Of a stretch of 46,263 nucleotides of DNA, positions 34,151-45,100 are shown in pieces; position 1 is the stretch's first letter, and each line of letters opens with the position of its first letter. The stretch is from Octopus bimaculoides (lineage: Eukaryota). The notes under the pieces are model-generated. The model was not told the DNA's origin. It made no database searches and saw nothing but the letters and a program-made list of their open reading frames with translations. The stretch is taken from the NCBI RefSeq assembly GCF_001194135.2, contig NC_068991.1:71141595-71187857 (forward strand), given 5' to 3'. A program made the position numbers and the translations under genes.

Positions 34151-34830
34151 ATTATTATTATTATTATTATTATTGTTTTTATCCAAGCTGGTAGAACCGT
34201 TAGCACACCAGGCAAAACGTTTACCAGCATCTTGGTCCATTTTTCATGTTCTGAGTTCAAATTCTGCTGGGGGTCAACTTCGTCTTTCATCCTTTCAGAG
34301 TCGATAACATACATACCGGTTAAAACACTAAGGTTGTTGCAAATGACTCATCTCCTCCCCCCAGAATTGCTGGCCTTGTGCCGAAATTAGAAACCATTAT
34401 TATTATTATTATTATTATTATTATCAAGGTAGCAAGCTGGCAGAATGGTTAGCATGCTGGGTGGAATGCTTAGTTGCATTTCACCCATCACTACATTCTG
34501 GGTTCAAATTCCGCCAAGGTCGAATTTGCCTTTAATCCATTCAGGGTCAATAGATTAAGTACCAGTTGAACACTGGGTTCGATGTAATCGACTAGTCCTC
34601 TCCTCCCCCTCCCCTCCAAATTTCAGGTCTTGTACCTTCAGGACAGAAAAACTTTGTGGCATTTCATCCGGCCCTTTATGTTTTTGAGCTCAAATTCTGC
34701 CAAGGTCAACTTTCCATCTTTTCAGGGTTCTTGAAATAAATACCAGCCGAGAGCACTGGTGGGTGGTTGGAGGGAGATGTAATCGATTTATGCAGCCAAT
34801 AAAATTCCAGGCCTTGTGCCTTGAGTGGAG
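34151..34830 (+). mobile_element. Tandem array of three SINE family C units
   Basis: Units ~34180-34424, 34425-34638 and 34639-34830 each carry a B-box-like g(t/c)tcaaatt, a ggtc(a/g)a...tt motif and a cttgt(g/a)cc end. (ATT)n runs lie at 34151-34174 and 34396-34424. Confidence 0.92.
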
Positions 34831-35070
34831 CGATTGTTGTCGGGTTTAATGGAATACCATTTTACTTTGTTCTCTGTTGAATTGCTGTTTATGCTTTTAA
34901 TGTGGAGTTTTAATTATGGTCAAAGTTGATACACACACACATGCAGCCTTTAGAACCGAAAAAGCTTATTCCATAACTCTTCTTCAAATAATTTTGCAGC
35001 CTTCACACATACATACATACATACATGCATGTGTGTATGACACAACACAAGCGTATGCATCAATATGAAA

Positions 35071-35107
<37 letters not shown>

Positions 35108-35641
35108 CTTGTGTATATATGCAGCTCTCTACATATCTACGTATGGATAGATATATCTGCGTGATTTTGAAATTAATAGCTTTACATATCCAACCATAAA
35201 TTGTAGAGATCTCTGCTGAAATTTTCACCATCTGTAATTTTGTAAAGTGTCCCTCAATACCTTCCTTTGTTGTTATGTGGGCCCCTCCCACCCCCACCCC
35301 CAAAGCCCTNNNNNNNNNNNNNNNNNNNNNNNNNNNNNNNNNNNNNNNNNNNNNNNNNNNNNNNNNNNNNNNNNNNNNNNNNNNNNNNNNNNNNNNNNNN
35401 NNNNNNNNNNNNNNNNNNNNNNNNNNNNNNNNNNNNNNNNNNNNNNNNNNNNNNNNNNNNNNNNNNNNNNNNNNNNNNNNNNNNNNNNNNNNNNNNNNNN
35501 NNNNNNNNNNNNNNNNNNNNNNNNNNNNNNNNNNNNNNNNNNNNNNNNNNNNNNNNNNNNNNNNNNNNNNNNNNNNNNNNNNNNNNNNNNNNNNNNNNNN
35601 NNNNNNNNNNNNNNNNNNNNNNNNNNNNNNNNNNNNNNNNN

Positions 35642-35676
<35 letters not shown>

Positions 35677-36001
35677 GGTATATATATATATATAGTCATG
35701 TTTTGGTGTTGAAAGCATATTAGTACCTCATCATCACCACCACCGCCACCACGTTCCTCTGTCTCTCTCTCTCCCCCCACACCCTTGCTGCCTCAGCCTT
35801 ACCTGCACCCCCCCCCACCAACCTCAACCCTCTACAATTCTTTCTTATATTCATACAGTTCTATTGATTTTAACATATCATCTTTATGTGGAATCATCAA
35901 CCGATCCAGCAATATATAACCCAATCCCACCATCCACCCCCTCTCTCATTCTCACACTACATACATGTGTGTGTATTAGTGTATTATAAGTATGTATGTA
36001 C

Positions 36002-36047
<46 letters not shown>

Positions 36048-36674
36048 NNNNNNNNNNNNNNNNNNNNNNNNNNNNNNNNNNNNNNNNNNNNNNNNNNNNN
36101 NNNNNNNNNNNNNNNNNNNNNNNNNNNNNNNNNNNNNNNNNNNNNNNNNNNNNNNNNNNNNNNNNNNNNNNNNNNNNNNNNNNNNNNNNNNNNNNNNNNN
36201 NNNNNNNNNNNNNNNNNNNNNNNNNNNNNNNNNNNNNNNNNNNNNNNNNNNNNNNNNNNNNNNNNNNNNNNNNNNNNNNNNNNNNNNNNNNNNNNNNNNN
36301 NNNNNNNNNNNNNNNNNNNNNNNNNNNNNNNNNNNNNNNNNNNNNNNNNNNNNNNNNNNNNNNNNNNNNNNNNNNNNNNNNNNNNNNNNNNNNNNNNNNN
36401 NNNNNNNNNNNNNNNNNNNNNNNNNNNNNNNNNNNNNNNNNNNNNNNNNNNNNNNNNNNNNNNNNNNNNNNNNNNNNNNNNNNNNNNNNNNNNNNNNNNN
36501 NNNNNNNNNNNNNNNNNNNNNNNNNNNNNNNNNNNNNNNNNNNNNNNNNNNNNNNNNNNNNNNNNNNNNNNTACTTGCCGTTGCAGGCTAACATTACACT
36601 TGGAAAGCTATGTGCACTTGTGTATGTATGCACGTGTGTATATATACACTCACATGCGTATAAAAGTGTATGCA

Positions 36675-36715
<41 letters not shown>

Positions 36716-37020
36716 GCATACATACATGCACAAAACTACACTTTGAGCAGTTGCATTCTTCAACCTCTACACATGGAGTTACAACGGTCAAACCATTATT
36801 TTTATTCTTATTTTTTAAATATATTTTTATTATAATTTTACTTAGGTTTTATTTTACTTTATTTTATTTTATTGATTAACGTCTGAAGAACCACAGCAGA
36901 ATTTTTAGCCAGAAGCTTCTTTCTCCTCCCCTTGTCTTTTATTCCACCCAACCCTGTAACCAAAAACAAAAATGTAAAGAATTAAATAAAAGCAAAGAAA
37001 ACAATATAAATTAAGGAAGA

Positions 37021-37196
37021 AAACAAATATTTTCACCAAAAAATATAGAAACTAAAAAGAAAAACTTATTGGAATTGCTTAGGAATTCTATTATAACTTA
37101 GCTAGAAGCAGAACATTCACCGTTTCTGCAGAGTCATCCTGCTCTGCTTCCATCAGGTCTCAACACTACAACCAACTACAATAATAATGTAAATAA
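37021..37196 (+). repeat. Unclassified dispersed repeat H, copy 1
   Basis: gaattgcttaggaattctattataa...gaacattca...ctgcagag...cttccatc...accaactacaataataatgtaaataa aligns to the reverse complement of 43979-44130 at roughly 80% over the core. Confidence 0.85.
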
Positions 37197-37282
37197 AATA
37201 AAATAAATGAATTTTTATTTTTTTTAAATGTATGTATGCATATATATATGTATGTATATATATCTATGCATATGTATATATG

Positions 37283-37313
<31 letters not shown>

Positions 37314-37924
37314 CTATCTATCTATCTATATGTATATATATATATGTATGTATGTATATATGTGTGTATATGTATATATATGAGTGCGTGTGTGCTTTAA
37401 TGTATTTCTTTGTCGTTCCCACCCTTTTTCCTCTCCTCTCCGAAAACTGCAATGCTGGAATTGGTGACAGTAGTCTTTGAGTAGCGGCAGTGATTGCATT
37501 GGTGGTGGTGGTGGTGGTTGTGCAGTGTAGCGCACAGGAGGAGCGAGTAAGGAAGTGATAGAGTGAAGAGAGAGAGAGAGAGATAGAGAGGGAAAGAGAG
37601 GAAGAGAAAGATAGAGTATTCAAGTTCAGGGAAGGTGTCAGTGGAATGGTGGTGGTGGTGGTGGTGGTATGAGGCTACTGCCGAGGCTATGCCACAGCAG
37701 CACTATGCACATGAGAGAGAAAAAGAAGGGGTGGGGGAAGGGGAGTTCATTATTATTATTATTATTTTCATTTTTTTTTTAATTGATTTTTATATGTATT
37801 TCTCTGCCGCCTATCCCACCCCACCCCCTTTCTAAGAACATTGAGTTGCGTTGTAATGCATGGGGAAATGTAGTTTCATCACAGTTATATCATATCTTTT
37901 CTCACCTTCTCACATAGCGTGAAG

Positions 37925-37969
<45 letters not shown>

Positions 37970-39064
37970 TCATACGCGTGCATATATGCATGTTGCGTGT
38001 GTGTAATGTTTTTGGGTTTTTTTTTTTTTTTTTTTTTTTTTGGTCTCCCACCTTAATCATTGTTCAGTTTTCAAAAATTGCCAAATTGGAATTAGGTTTC
38101 ATGAAATGTACTGAGCAAGAGGGTAGGGTGGAACCGATTCTTTGCATCGGTGCACTACTGTCTTAGAAGAAACGATGGGAGATGTAGAAGAAGCCTCTTG
38201 GAACTACTGCAAGAAATAGCTGCAACACAAAACTCAAACGAGGTGTTGCATTATTCTTGTTACTCTCGAAAAAAAGAAGAAACAACAACAACAAAAAAAT
38301 AAAAGTAAATATCTTTTTAAAGAATTTTAAGCTGGTTTGATAATATATAATTTCCATTTCAGTTTATCTCGTTGCTGATTCACCCATTTATCTGACCAAT
38401 TCTTTAAGAAAAGTACTACAATTTTTAATAAACTGCTGTTTGTCTTTGGTGGTGGTGGCAGCGGCAGTGGAGGCTGTGGTTTGTTTGTCTGTTTATTTGG
38501 AAGCATGGCTGGTTCTCTTCACTATAATCGTTTGGTTCAGTTCAGTTCGGTTTGGTTCTGCTGAATCAGTTATTGCGGTCGTTTGCTTCCTTTTGCTGGG
38601 TCGGTCGTGGATGGCTCATTAGTCAGTCGTCCAGTTATGTTCCTAATTTAGTCTTGAAATGACCAGCCTCCACCTTTGTTCCCCCTCGCCCTCTCAAAAA
38701 TGTATCTAATTTCCATTTTCACATGCCTGCATATTATACATGGTAATATTGGTAACATTTCAGCTTATCCTCAATTCCACCCTGCACTAATCCAAACCTG
38801 TTAATATCACCAACATATATCTCTCCTCTTGCATACATTTCTTTATCTCTGTCCCAGCTCTCCAATCCATACATTCTTCCCATTTACTCTCACCCACAAT
38901 CTGCACTTATTGGAAAAATTCTTCCTTCCCATGGTTTATTAATAAATTCTGTTGTTGTTATTGTTGTCTGTATTAATCCAGCGTATCCCATCTCGTTTCG
39001 ATTCCTTGTTGCTGTCTCCTCGCTCCCATTGTCTCTGATAGGCAGGCACAACTGTGGAATGGCT

Positions 39065-39450
39065 ACTCTTTTACTCTTTCACTTGTTTCAGTCATTGGAC
39101 TGTGGCCATGCTGGAGCACCGCCTTTAGTCGAGCAAATCGACCCCAGGACTTATTCTTTTGTAAGCCTAGTACTTATTCTATCGGTCTCTTTTGCCGAAC
39201 CGTTAAGTTACGGGGACTAAACACAGCAGCATCGGTTGTCAAGCGACGTGGGGGGGGGGGCAAACACACACATATACACATGTACGACGGGCTTCTTTCA
39301 GTTTCCGTCTACCAAATCCACTCACAAGGCTTTGGTTGGCCCGAGGCTATAGTTTAAAGACACTTGCCCAAGGTGCCATGCAGTGGGACTGAACCCAGAA
39401 CCACATGGCTGGTAAGCAAGCTACTTACCACACAGCCACTCCTGTGCCTG
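39065..39450 (-). mobile_element. Full-length SINE family A
   Basis: Minus-strand head caggcacaggagtggctgtgtggtaagtagc, B-box-like gggttcagtccc, and tail gaaacaagtgaaagagtaaaagagt. Confidence 0.95.
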
Positions 39451-39672
39451 TATATATCTTTATTCTTTAATATAAACCAATTCTAACATATAGGCCTACT
39501 CAAAGTACAGGTGTATGCATATGCTTTATGAGCTAAGTAGACCACAATCACTTAATTACATAAAGAGGAGTTGGAGTCGCAGGTGCCAATAGTAGAGGAG
39601 TCAGAGTCAAAGTTTTTTGTTTCAACTCCACAGCCCTGATTTTTGGAGATTCTTAGGTGCAAACAGTTTCAA

Positions 39673-39843
39673 CCCTTTAACATTTGGTATCAATCGTACA
39701 TGATCTTGCAGTGTCAAGATTTCAATGGTAAGATTCATTATTATTAGAATGACATTGTAGGGCAGGTGTGAGAGGCCAGATCTAGCTGGTTTGAAAACAA
39801 AACACGTGGAATATCTGGGCCTGATTATGGCTGGTTTAAAGGG
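39673..39843 (+). mobile_element. piggyBac-like MITE family 2 (171 bp)
   Basis: Termini ccctttaa and ttaaaggg form an 8-bp inverted repeat. Flanked by tcaa (39669-39672) and ttaa (39844-39847). CCC...GGG ends with a TTAA target are piggyBac hallmarks. Confidence 0.75.
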
Positions 39844-40629
39844 TTAATTTAATTCTTCTTGAAAAGTTCAGTTAAATCCCAGGTAATTCAAAGAGAAAAT
39901 ATTACATACAAGCTATTTTTTTTTCTTTTTTACGTCTCCCAGAATGCATTGCTTAGTTCAATAAATTACTCCTGATGTCTTCCTTCCTTGCCTGGAGTTT
40001 CTTTCTTCTCCCCGAGGAGTTTCTTCCACTCAGCAGAACTGCTTTAATTTCAATGTCCTCTTCATTCTAACTCTTATAAACCACCACCAACAACAACAAC
40101 AATAAGCATCACCTCTTTCTCCAACGCCACCATCTTTTGCATTACTTCCTGCTTACTTCCATAGTTAATGCCAAATTTGGTTGATCGACTGAATTTCATT
40201 TGTCTTCTTCATCCAATCAGGTTGATATATTTTTGTAATTCTCAATGGGTTTTATTGCTTAGTAGAAGTGGTGGTAGTAGTAGTAGTGGTGGTGGTACTG
40301 GTGGTAGCACTACTTTCTTGTGTAGGCATTGGCAACCAGGAAATTCTTTAATAAGAGAGATGGGCATACTAAATTTATAAATGAAATTTCTTTAAAATAG
40401 GATCCGCCACCACCACCACCACCACCTTATATATTTTGTGTCCATTTTAATTTCAAGACCTCGTATCTTCCACAATACAAGATGACCTTGGCTTGAAAGA
40501 ACACTTATCAAAATGGAGTTTAGCCTCAACTGATATGCAGGATATTTGATATGCTCTGTGTTTTGAGGGGTGTTGAATCTGTTGTGTTTGTTGCTAAACA
40601 TTTTGGTCAGCTTAAGTCATTGGGGATAG

Positions 40630-40678
40630 GGCCATAGGTCTGTTTAATCAAATCTGACCTGAAGTTATTTGACAACTG
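40630..40678 (+). mobile_element. Family D 3'-end fragment
   Basis: cataggtctgtttaatcaaatctgacctga resembles 33003-33035. Confidence 0.45.
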
Positions 40679-41104
40679 ACAAGTTTCCAACAGCAAACAC
40701 TTCCCTTACCCCGTCCCCTCCTCATCTTCCCCATTCTCCCCCCCCAATCTCCTCCCTCTGCTTCTTGTCACCATAGTTTCTCTGTGGTTTATCTAAGTAC
40801 TAACTTATCTATCCAACCTGCCTATCATTCAATGCAAGCTTGTGTGTGATCTTTGGACCCAGAATAAGAAGAGCCTGTGTTGTCTTGTTATGTCTGGTGG
40901 TGGTATTACATTCATAATTATACAGAGGTGGGGGGTTCAGAAAGTAGATATACATTAAGTATTGACATCATTGTTATAATACTTAATTCATTAAATTTAT
41001 TAACACATTAAATTAATTAACCTCATTTTTGATATTTTCAGTGTCATTAATCATGATAATGCATTTATCATAATTTATAATAATACTTTTATCGTAACTT
41101 AGAA

Positions 41105-41312
41105 ATTATAGTCAAGACTATTGAAAAGGTTGCAAGACACAACGAAAATTTTAGGAAAATAAGAACAATAAGTGGAAATTTTAACGGTGAGTGTGTTAAA
41201 TTTTAAGGCACAATAAGAAAATGACTCTCCCCAGACACAACAGAATATGCTTCAACACACGAAATCACATAAAAAATCTTGCAAACCAAATCCAAAAACG
41301 AAATTAAAAATT
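41105..41312 (-). mobile_element. Unclassified dispersed repeat G, longer copy
   Basis: Reverse complement of 24921-25068 plus about 45 bp more. Its end abuts (TA)n at 41312-41331. Confidence 0.85.
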
Positions 41313-41330
41313 ATATATATATATACATAT

Positions 41331-41412
41331 ATGGCGTTAGGAAGGGCATCCAGCTGTAGAAACTCTGCCAAATCAGACTGGAGCCTGGTGTTGCCATCCG
41401 GTTTCACCAGTC
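41331..41412 (+). mobile_element. RTE-type LINE 3' tail, cut by an assembly gap
   Basis: tggcgttaggaagggcatccagctgtagaaactctgccaaatcagactggagcctggtgttgccatccggtttcaccagtc overlaps the right arm and spacer of the 6.7-kb foldback. Confidence 0.88.
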
Positions 41413-41999
41413 NNNNNNNNNNNNNNNNNNNNNNNNNNNNNNNNNNNNNNNNNNNNNNNNNNNNNNNNNNNNNNNNNNNNNNNNNNNNNNNNNNNNNNNN
41501 NNNNNNNNNNNNNNNNNNNNNNNNNNNNNNNNNNNNNNNNNNNNNNNNNNNNNNNNNNNNNNNNNNNNNNNNNNNNNNNNNNNNNNNNNNNNNNNNNNNN
41601 NNNNNNNNNNNNNNNNNNNNNNNNNNNNNNNNNNNNNNNNNNNNNNNNNNNNNNNNNNNNNNNNNNNNNNNNNNNNNNNNNNNNNNNNNNNNNNNNNNNN
41701 NNNNNNNNNNNNNNNNNNNNNNNNNNNNNNNNNNNNNNNNNNNNNNNNNNNNNNNNNNNNNNNNNNNNNNNNNNNNNNNGACAATAAAATATTAGGGCAA
41801 GTAGACAATTAGAAGGCCAGGCTAAAAACCAGGTCATTCATGGCCTTCTTTCCTCAGTCAAGTTACCAGAACTCCTTACTGTTTTGGACAGTTATATATA
41901 CATACATACATACATACATACATACATACACACACACGCACACACACTCATTTATTCATGGTTTCTAACTTTGATGCAATACCATAAATTTTGGGACTC

Positions 42000-42060
42000 A
42001 GTGATGGAGCCTCTGTGGTTGCACAACTTGCTAGAGATAGCAACCAAAATTGCCGACCTT
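42000..42060 (+). mobile_element. Family D fragment
   Basis: caacttgctagagatagcaaccaaaat. Confidence 0.45.
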
Positions 42061-42428
42061 CATGAAAGGTCCTCCATAAATTAGTCTTGAACTATAATGA
42101 CTGTGACAATGTGACAGAACAGAGCATTCAACTGTCATTTTCATTGTTGGGTGGTTTCATTAATAATGAAGTTTTGACCTATGGGGCAAAGGTCACCAAT
42201 TAGGTAATTTACACTGACTCACAACAGAGGATATGAAATGGGTTATTTTTTGTTTTGTTTTTTTGTTCTTTTGTTTGTTTGTTTTTTTCTGCTTCATCTG
42301 TCCATTATTTAGTGTTAAACAATTGACCTTTAAGGTCATTCCTTTGGACTGCCATTACAGCCAATGGAACATTGTCCTGCTCATTTAGGAGAATGTAGAA
42401 ATATTCTATTCAACTTTATCTTTGTATT

Positions 42429-42611
42429 ATTTTACTTGTTTCAGTCATCTGACTGCGGCCATGCTGGAGCACTGCCTATAGTCGGACAAATCGACCCCAG
42501 GACTTATTCTTTGCATGCCTAGTATTTATTCTATCGGGTCTCTTTTGCTGAACCGCTAAGTTACAGGGACATAACCACACCAACATCAGTTGTCAAGCGA
42601 TGGTGGGGGAT

Positions 42612-42682
<71 letters not shown>

Positions 42683-42697
42683 ACTGGCTTCTTTAGT
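42429..42697 (-). mobile_element. SINE family A, 3' half with (AC)n expansion
   Basis: cttgtttcagtcatctgactgcggccatgctggagcac...gttgtcaagcgatggtggggga, (AC)n at 42614-42679, then gactggcttcttt. Confidence 0.92.
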
Positions 42698-42754
42698 ATA
42701 TTTTCAGTTCCTCAGTTTGGATTTTAACCCCTTTGTTACTCAATATCATCGACT

Positions 42755-42890
42755 TCATCTAACGTCCATTTTCCATGCTGGTAGGGGTTGGATATTTTGA
42801 CCAGAGCTGGTACGGTTAGGGGGCCCGCACCAGGCTCCATTGTCTGTCTTGGCATGGTTTCTATAGTTGGATGCCCTTCCTGACACCATA
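42755..42890 (-). mobile_element. RTE-type LINE 3' tail
   Basis: catctaacgtccattttccatgctggtaggggttgga...caccaggctcca...tttctatagttggatgcccttcctgacacc. Confidence 0.85.
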
Positions 42891-43559
42891 TATAAATGGA
42901 AATATTCCGATATCCCTGTTATCCTTATCTTCTTCACACTTTTCTTGGTCTGGTTTTTGTAGAGTTAAGGTCCTTGCTCAAGAACATTGGCATTTTTCTT
43001 CATACATTTACTTGCACCAGTTTCTCTTTCGTAGTTCAAAGTGGTTATGCATCAATTCTGAGCCAGAGAAATCTGACTTGGTTAACAAATGCGGGTGGAA
43101 AAATAAAGAACCGTGATGAACATCACAACACAACTTTTATTTTGTTATCTAAACATTTCACATATTTGTGTCTGTGGGTGTTTAAAAACACGAAATCAAA
43201 TCAAGAAGACCAGTGCCCTCACCACCACCACCTCTATCTCCATCCATCACCACTCCTCTACTGGCCCAAGACTGTAAGTGGTTGAACAATAGGCCAATAT
43301 AAAGTACAAGCTTGACTTAGATAACCAACATACTTTCTGAGAGAGAGAGAGAGAGAGCTAGAATGTAGGATTATAGTGTAAGTGCTTACTACATGTATAT
43401 GTCACGCGCACACACTCTAGTGTCCATTACCTCTCTCCATTAGAATCTGTAATGTTAGAAGCAGCCATCATCTTGAAAATCACACTTGTCGATTTGTAGA
43501 CCGTCACATCTGTGAAATCTATTCCAACTGTGAAGGACTTAGCCACAACTCCTTAACCA

Positions 43560-43590
<31 letters not shown>
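43560..43590. repeat. (TAC)n microsatellite
   Basis: Read directly from the sequence. Confidence 0.9.
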
Positions 43591-43591
<1 letters not shown>

Positions 43592-43978
43592 TCGCTGTTT
43601 CGTGTACAGTTGTTTTGTCCCGGACAAGATGGATAGCATCAAGATTTAGTTTACATTGGGTCACGTCTCTTTTCTATATTCCAATTGAGTTTCATATTTC
43701 AGGTACTTCAAGCATGCTACTTTTTTTTTTTGTCTATTTCGTTGCACATCTTAGAAATTGGTACCATCTGCTTAGAATTGGTGTCCCTAAAGAGCAAATG
43801 TTTTCCCTTCTGGAATTGGTTACCTCTCCTTACTGATCTACTGTCGAGGTTCAAATCAATGTGGTGTTCTTCATTTAAAGAAATTCTTTTGAATTGAACA
43901 GAATAAGGGTTTCCTCCCAAGTGTTCTATAAGAGTAATTCCATTTAATTATGAAACTGACTTCAATTATTTAGCCTAA

Positions 43979-44130
43979 TTATTTACATTACTATTGTAGT
44001 TGGTTCCAATGTCGATGGAAGTAAAGCAAGAATGCTCTGCAGGAATGGTTGAATGTTCGGCTTTTAACTAATTTATAACAGAATTCCTAAGCAATTCTAA
44101 ATATCTAATTTTTTAGTAAAATATCTGTTT
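43979..44130 (-). repeat. Unclassified dispersed repeat H, copy 2
   Basis: Reverse complement aligns with 37021-37196, with a ~7-nt indel in the core. Confidence 0.85.
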
Positions 44131-45100
44131 TGAATTAGATTTCATTCTGGTCAGAATATACTGGACAAATTCAATTACAGCTTGGACATTCTATAAAAAT
44201 TGACCAGTTCACCACACTAACCTCAAAAAGAATCTTACTTCTGGCTTATAGATTCTCAACTAATTCAATGCAAAAAATAGAAAAAAGAACCATTTTCCAA
44301 CATTTTTTTTTTGTTTGTATTATGTACCACACTGACACACACACACTTTACCAATTATTTTGCTATGTTCTTTTCTGAATCACATTATAAAAGACTCCAA
44401 GACTTTCACTTACAGCATAATTGCTATCTAGAATTTTCTTTTTTATTATAATAATTTACCAAGGTTCTTGTTTCACTTTTATTTACCATTCCTAATCTGC
44501 AACCAATACCACCACACACACACACACACACAATAAATTATCACTAGTCTTATTTGTAAATAAAAAGGTTTTCCCTTTCATAATGCAGTCAACTAAACAC
44601 CACCAATGTCTTTGAATACAGTAAACCACTTGCCCTTCACCAGTGCCATATCCACCCCTACACCAACTACATTGCTGTATTATTTACACATTTTGTGCTA
44701 ACCTTGTCACCAAGCACCTTGGCCTCTCATTCTCTCTAAAGTACAACAACTCAACCACCAGCCTGCTGGCATACTCCCCAGAGATGCTGCTGCTGTTACC
44801 CTCATCATCACCACCACCACTAACGTCACATTAAAGTGATGTAAAATTGCCCTCAACAGTTATGTATCTAACTTCATCTCAGGGTCATCAGAATATTGAA
44901 ATCCTTTGGCAATGACATGTTGGCCATTTTTAAAATGGTATATTGTGTTGCTGTTTGTGCTTCGATGGAGAAATGCTTCTTGTTGTACCAACACCACCCA
45001 GATAGATACTCTGGGGGGTGTCGTTGCTGGTAAACAAACATTCAGGAATATTTTTACCATTTACTTATATAATCCAGTGTCACCAAAATGTCTGTCTAAA

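Larger units (their letters stand above)
367..41779. other. 14 assembly gaps (N runs), about 4.6 kb in total
   Basis: 367-535, 4598-5434, 8711-8861, 11278-11287, 15033-15110, 17111-17120, 17500-17509, 18531-19019, 26450-26745, 27441-28286, 30879-31382, 35310-35641, 36048-36571, 41413-41779. Most are bordered by SSRs or repeats. Confidence 0.99.

Noticed and set aside
158-41837. Long ORFs in the track containing X-runs
   Set aside because: They are open only because N-runs contain no stop codons.
42896-43285. 129-aa plus-strand ORF and a 46-nt minus-strand exon-like piece (LMHNHFELRKRNWCK)
   Set aside because: No recognisable domain, and the phase is incompatible with the 43431-43509 candidate.
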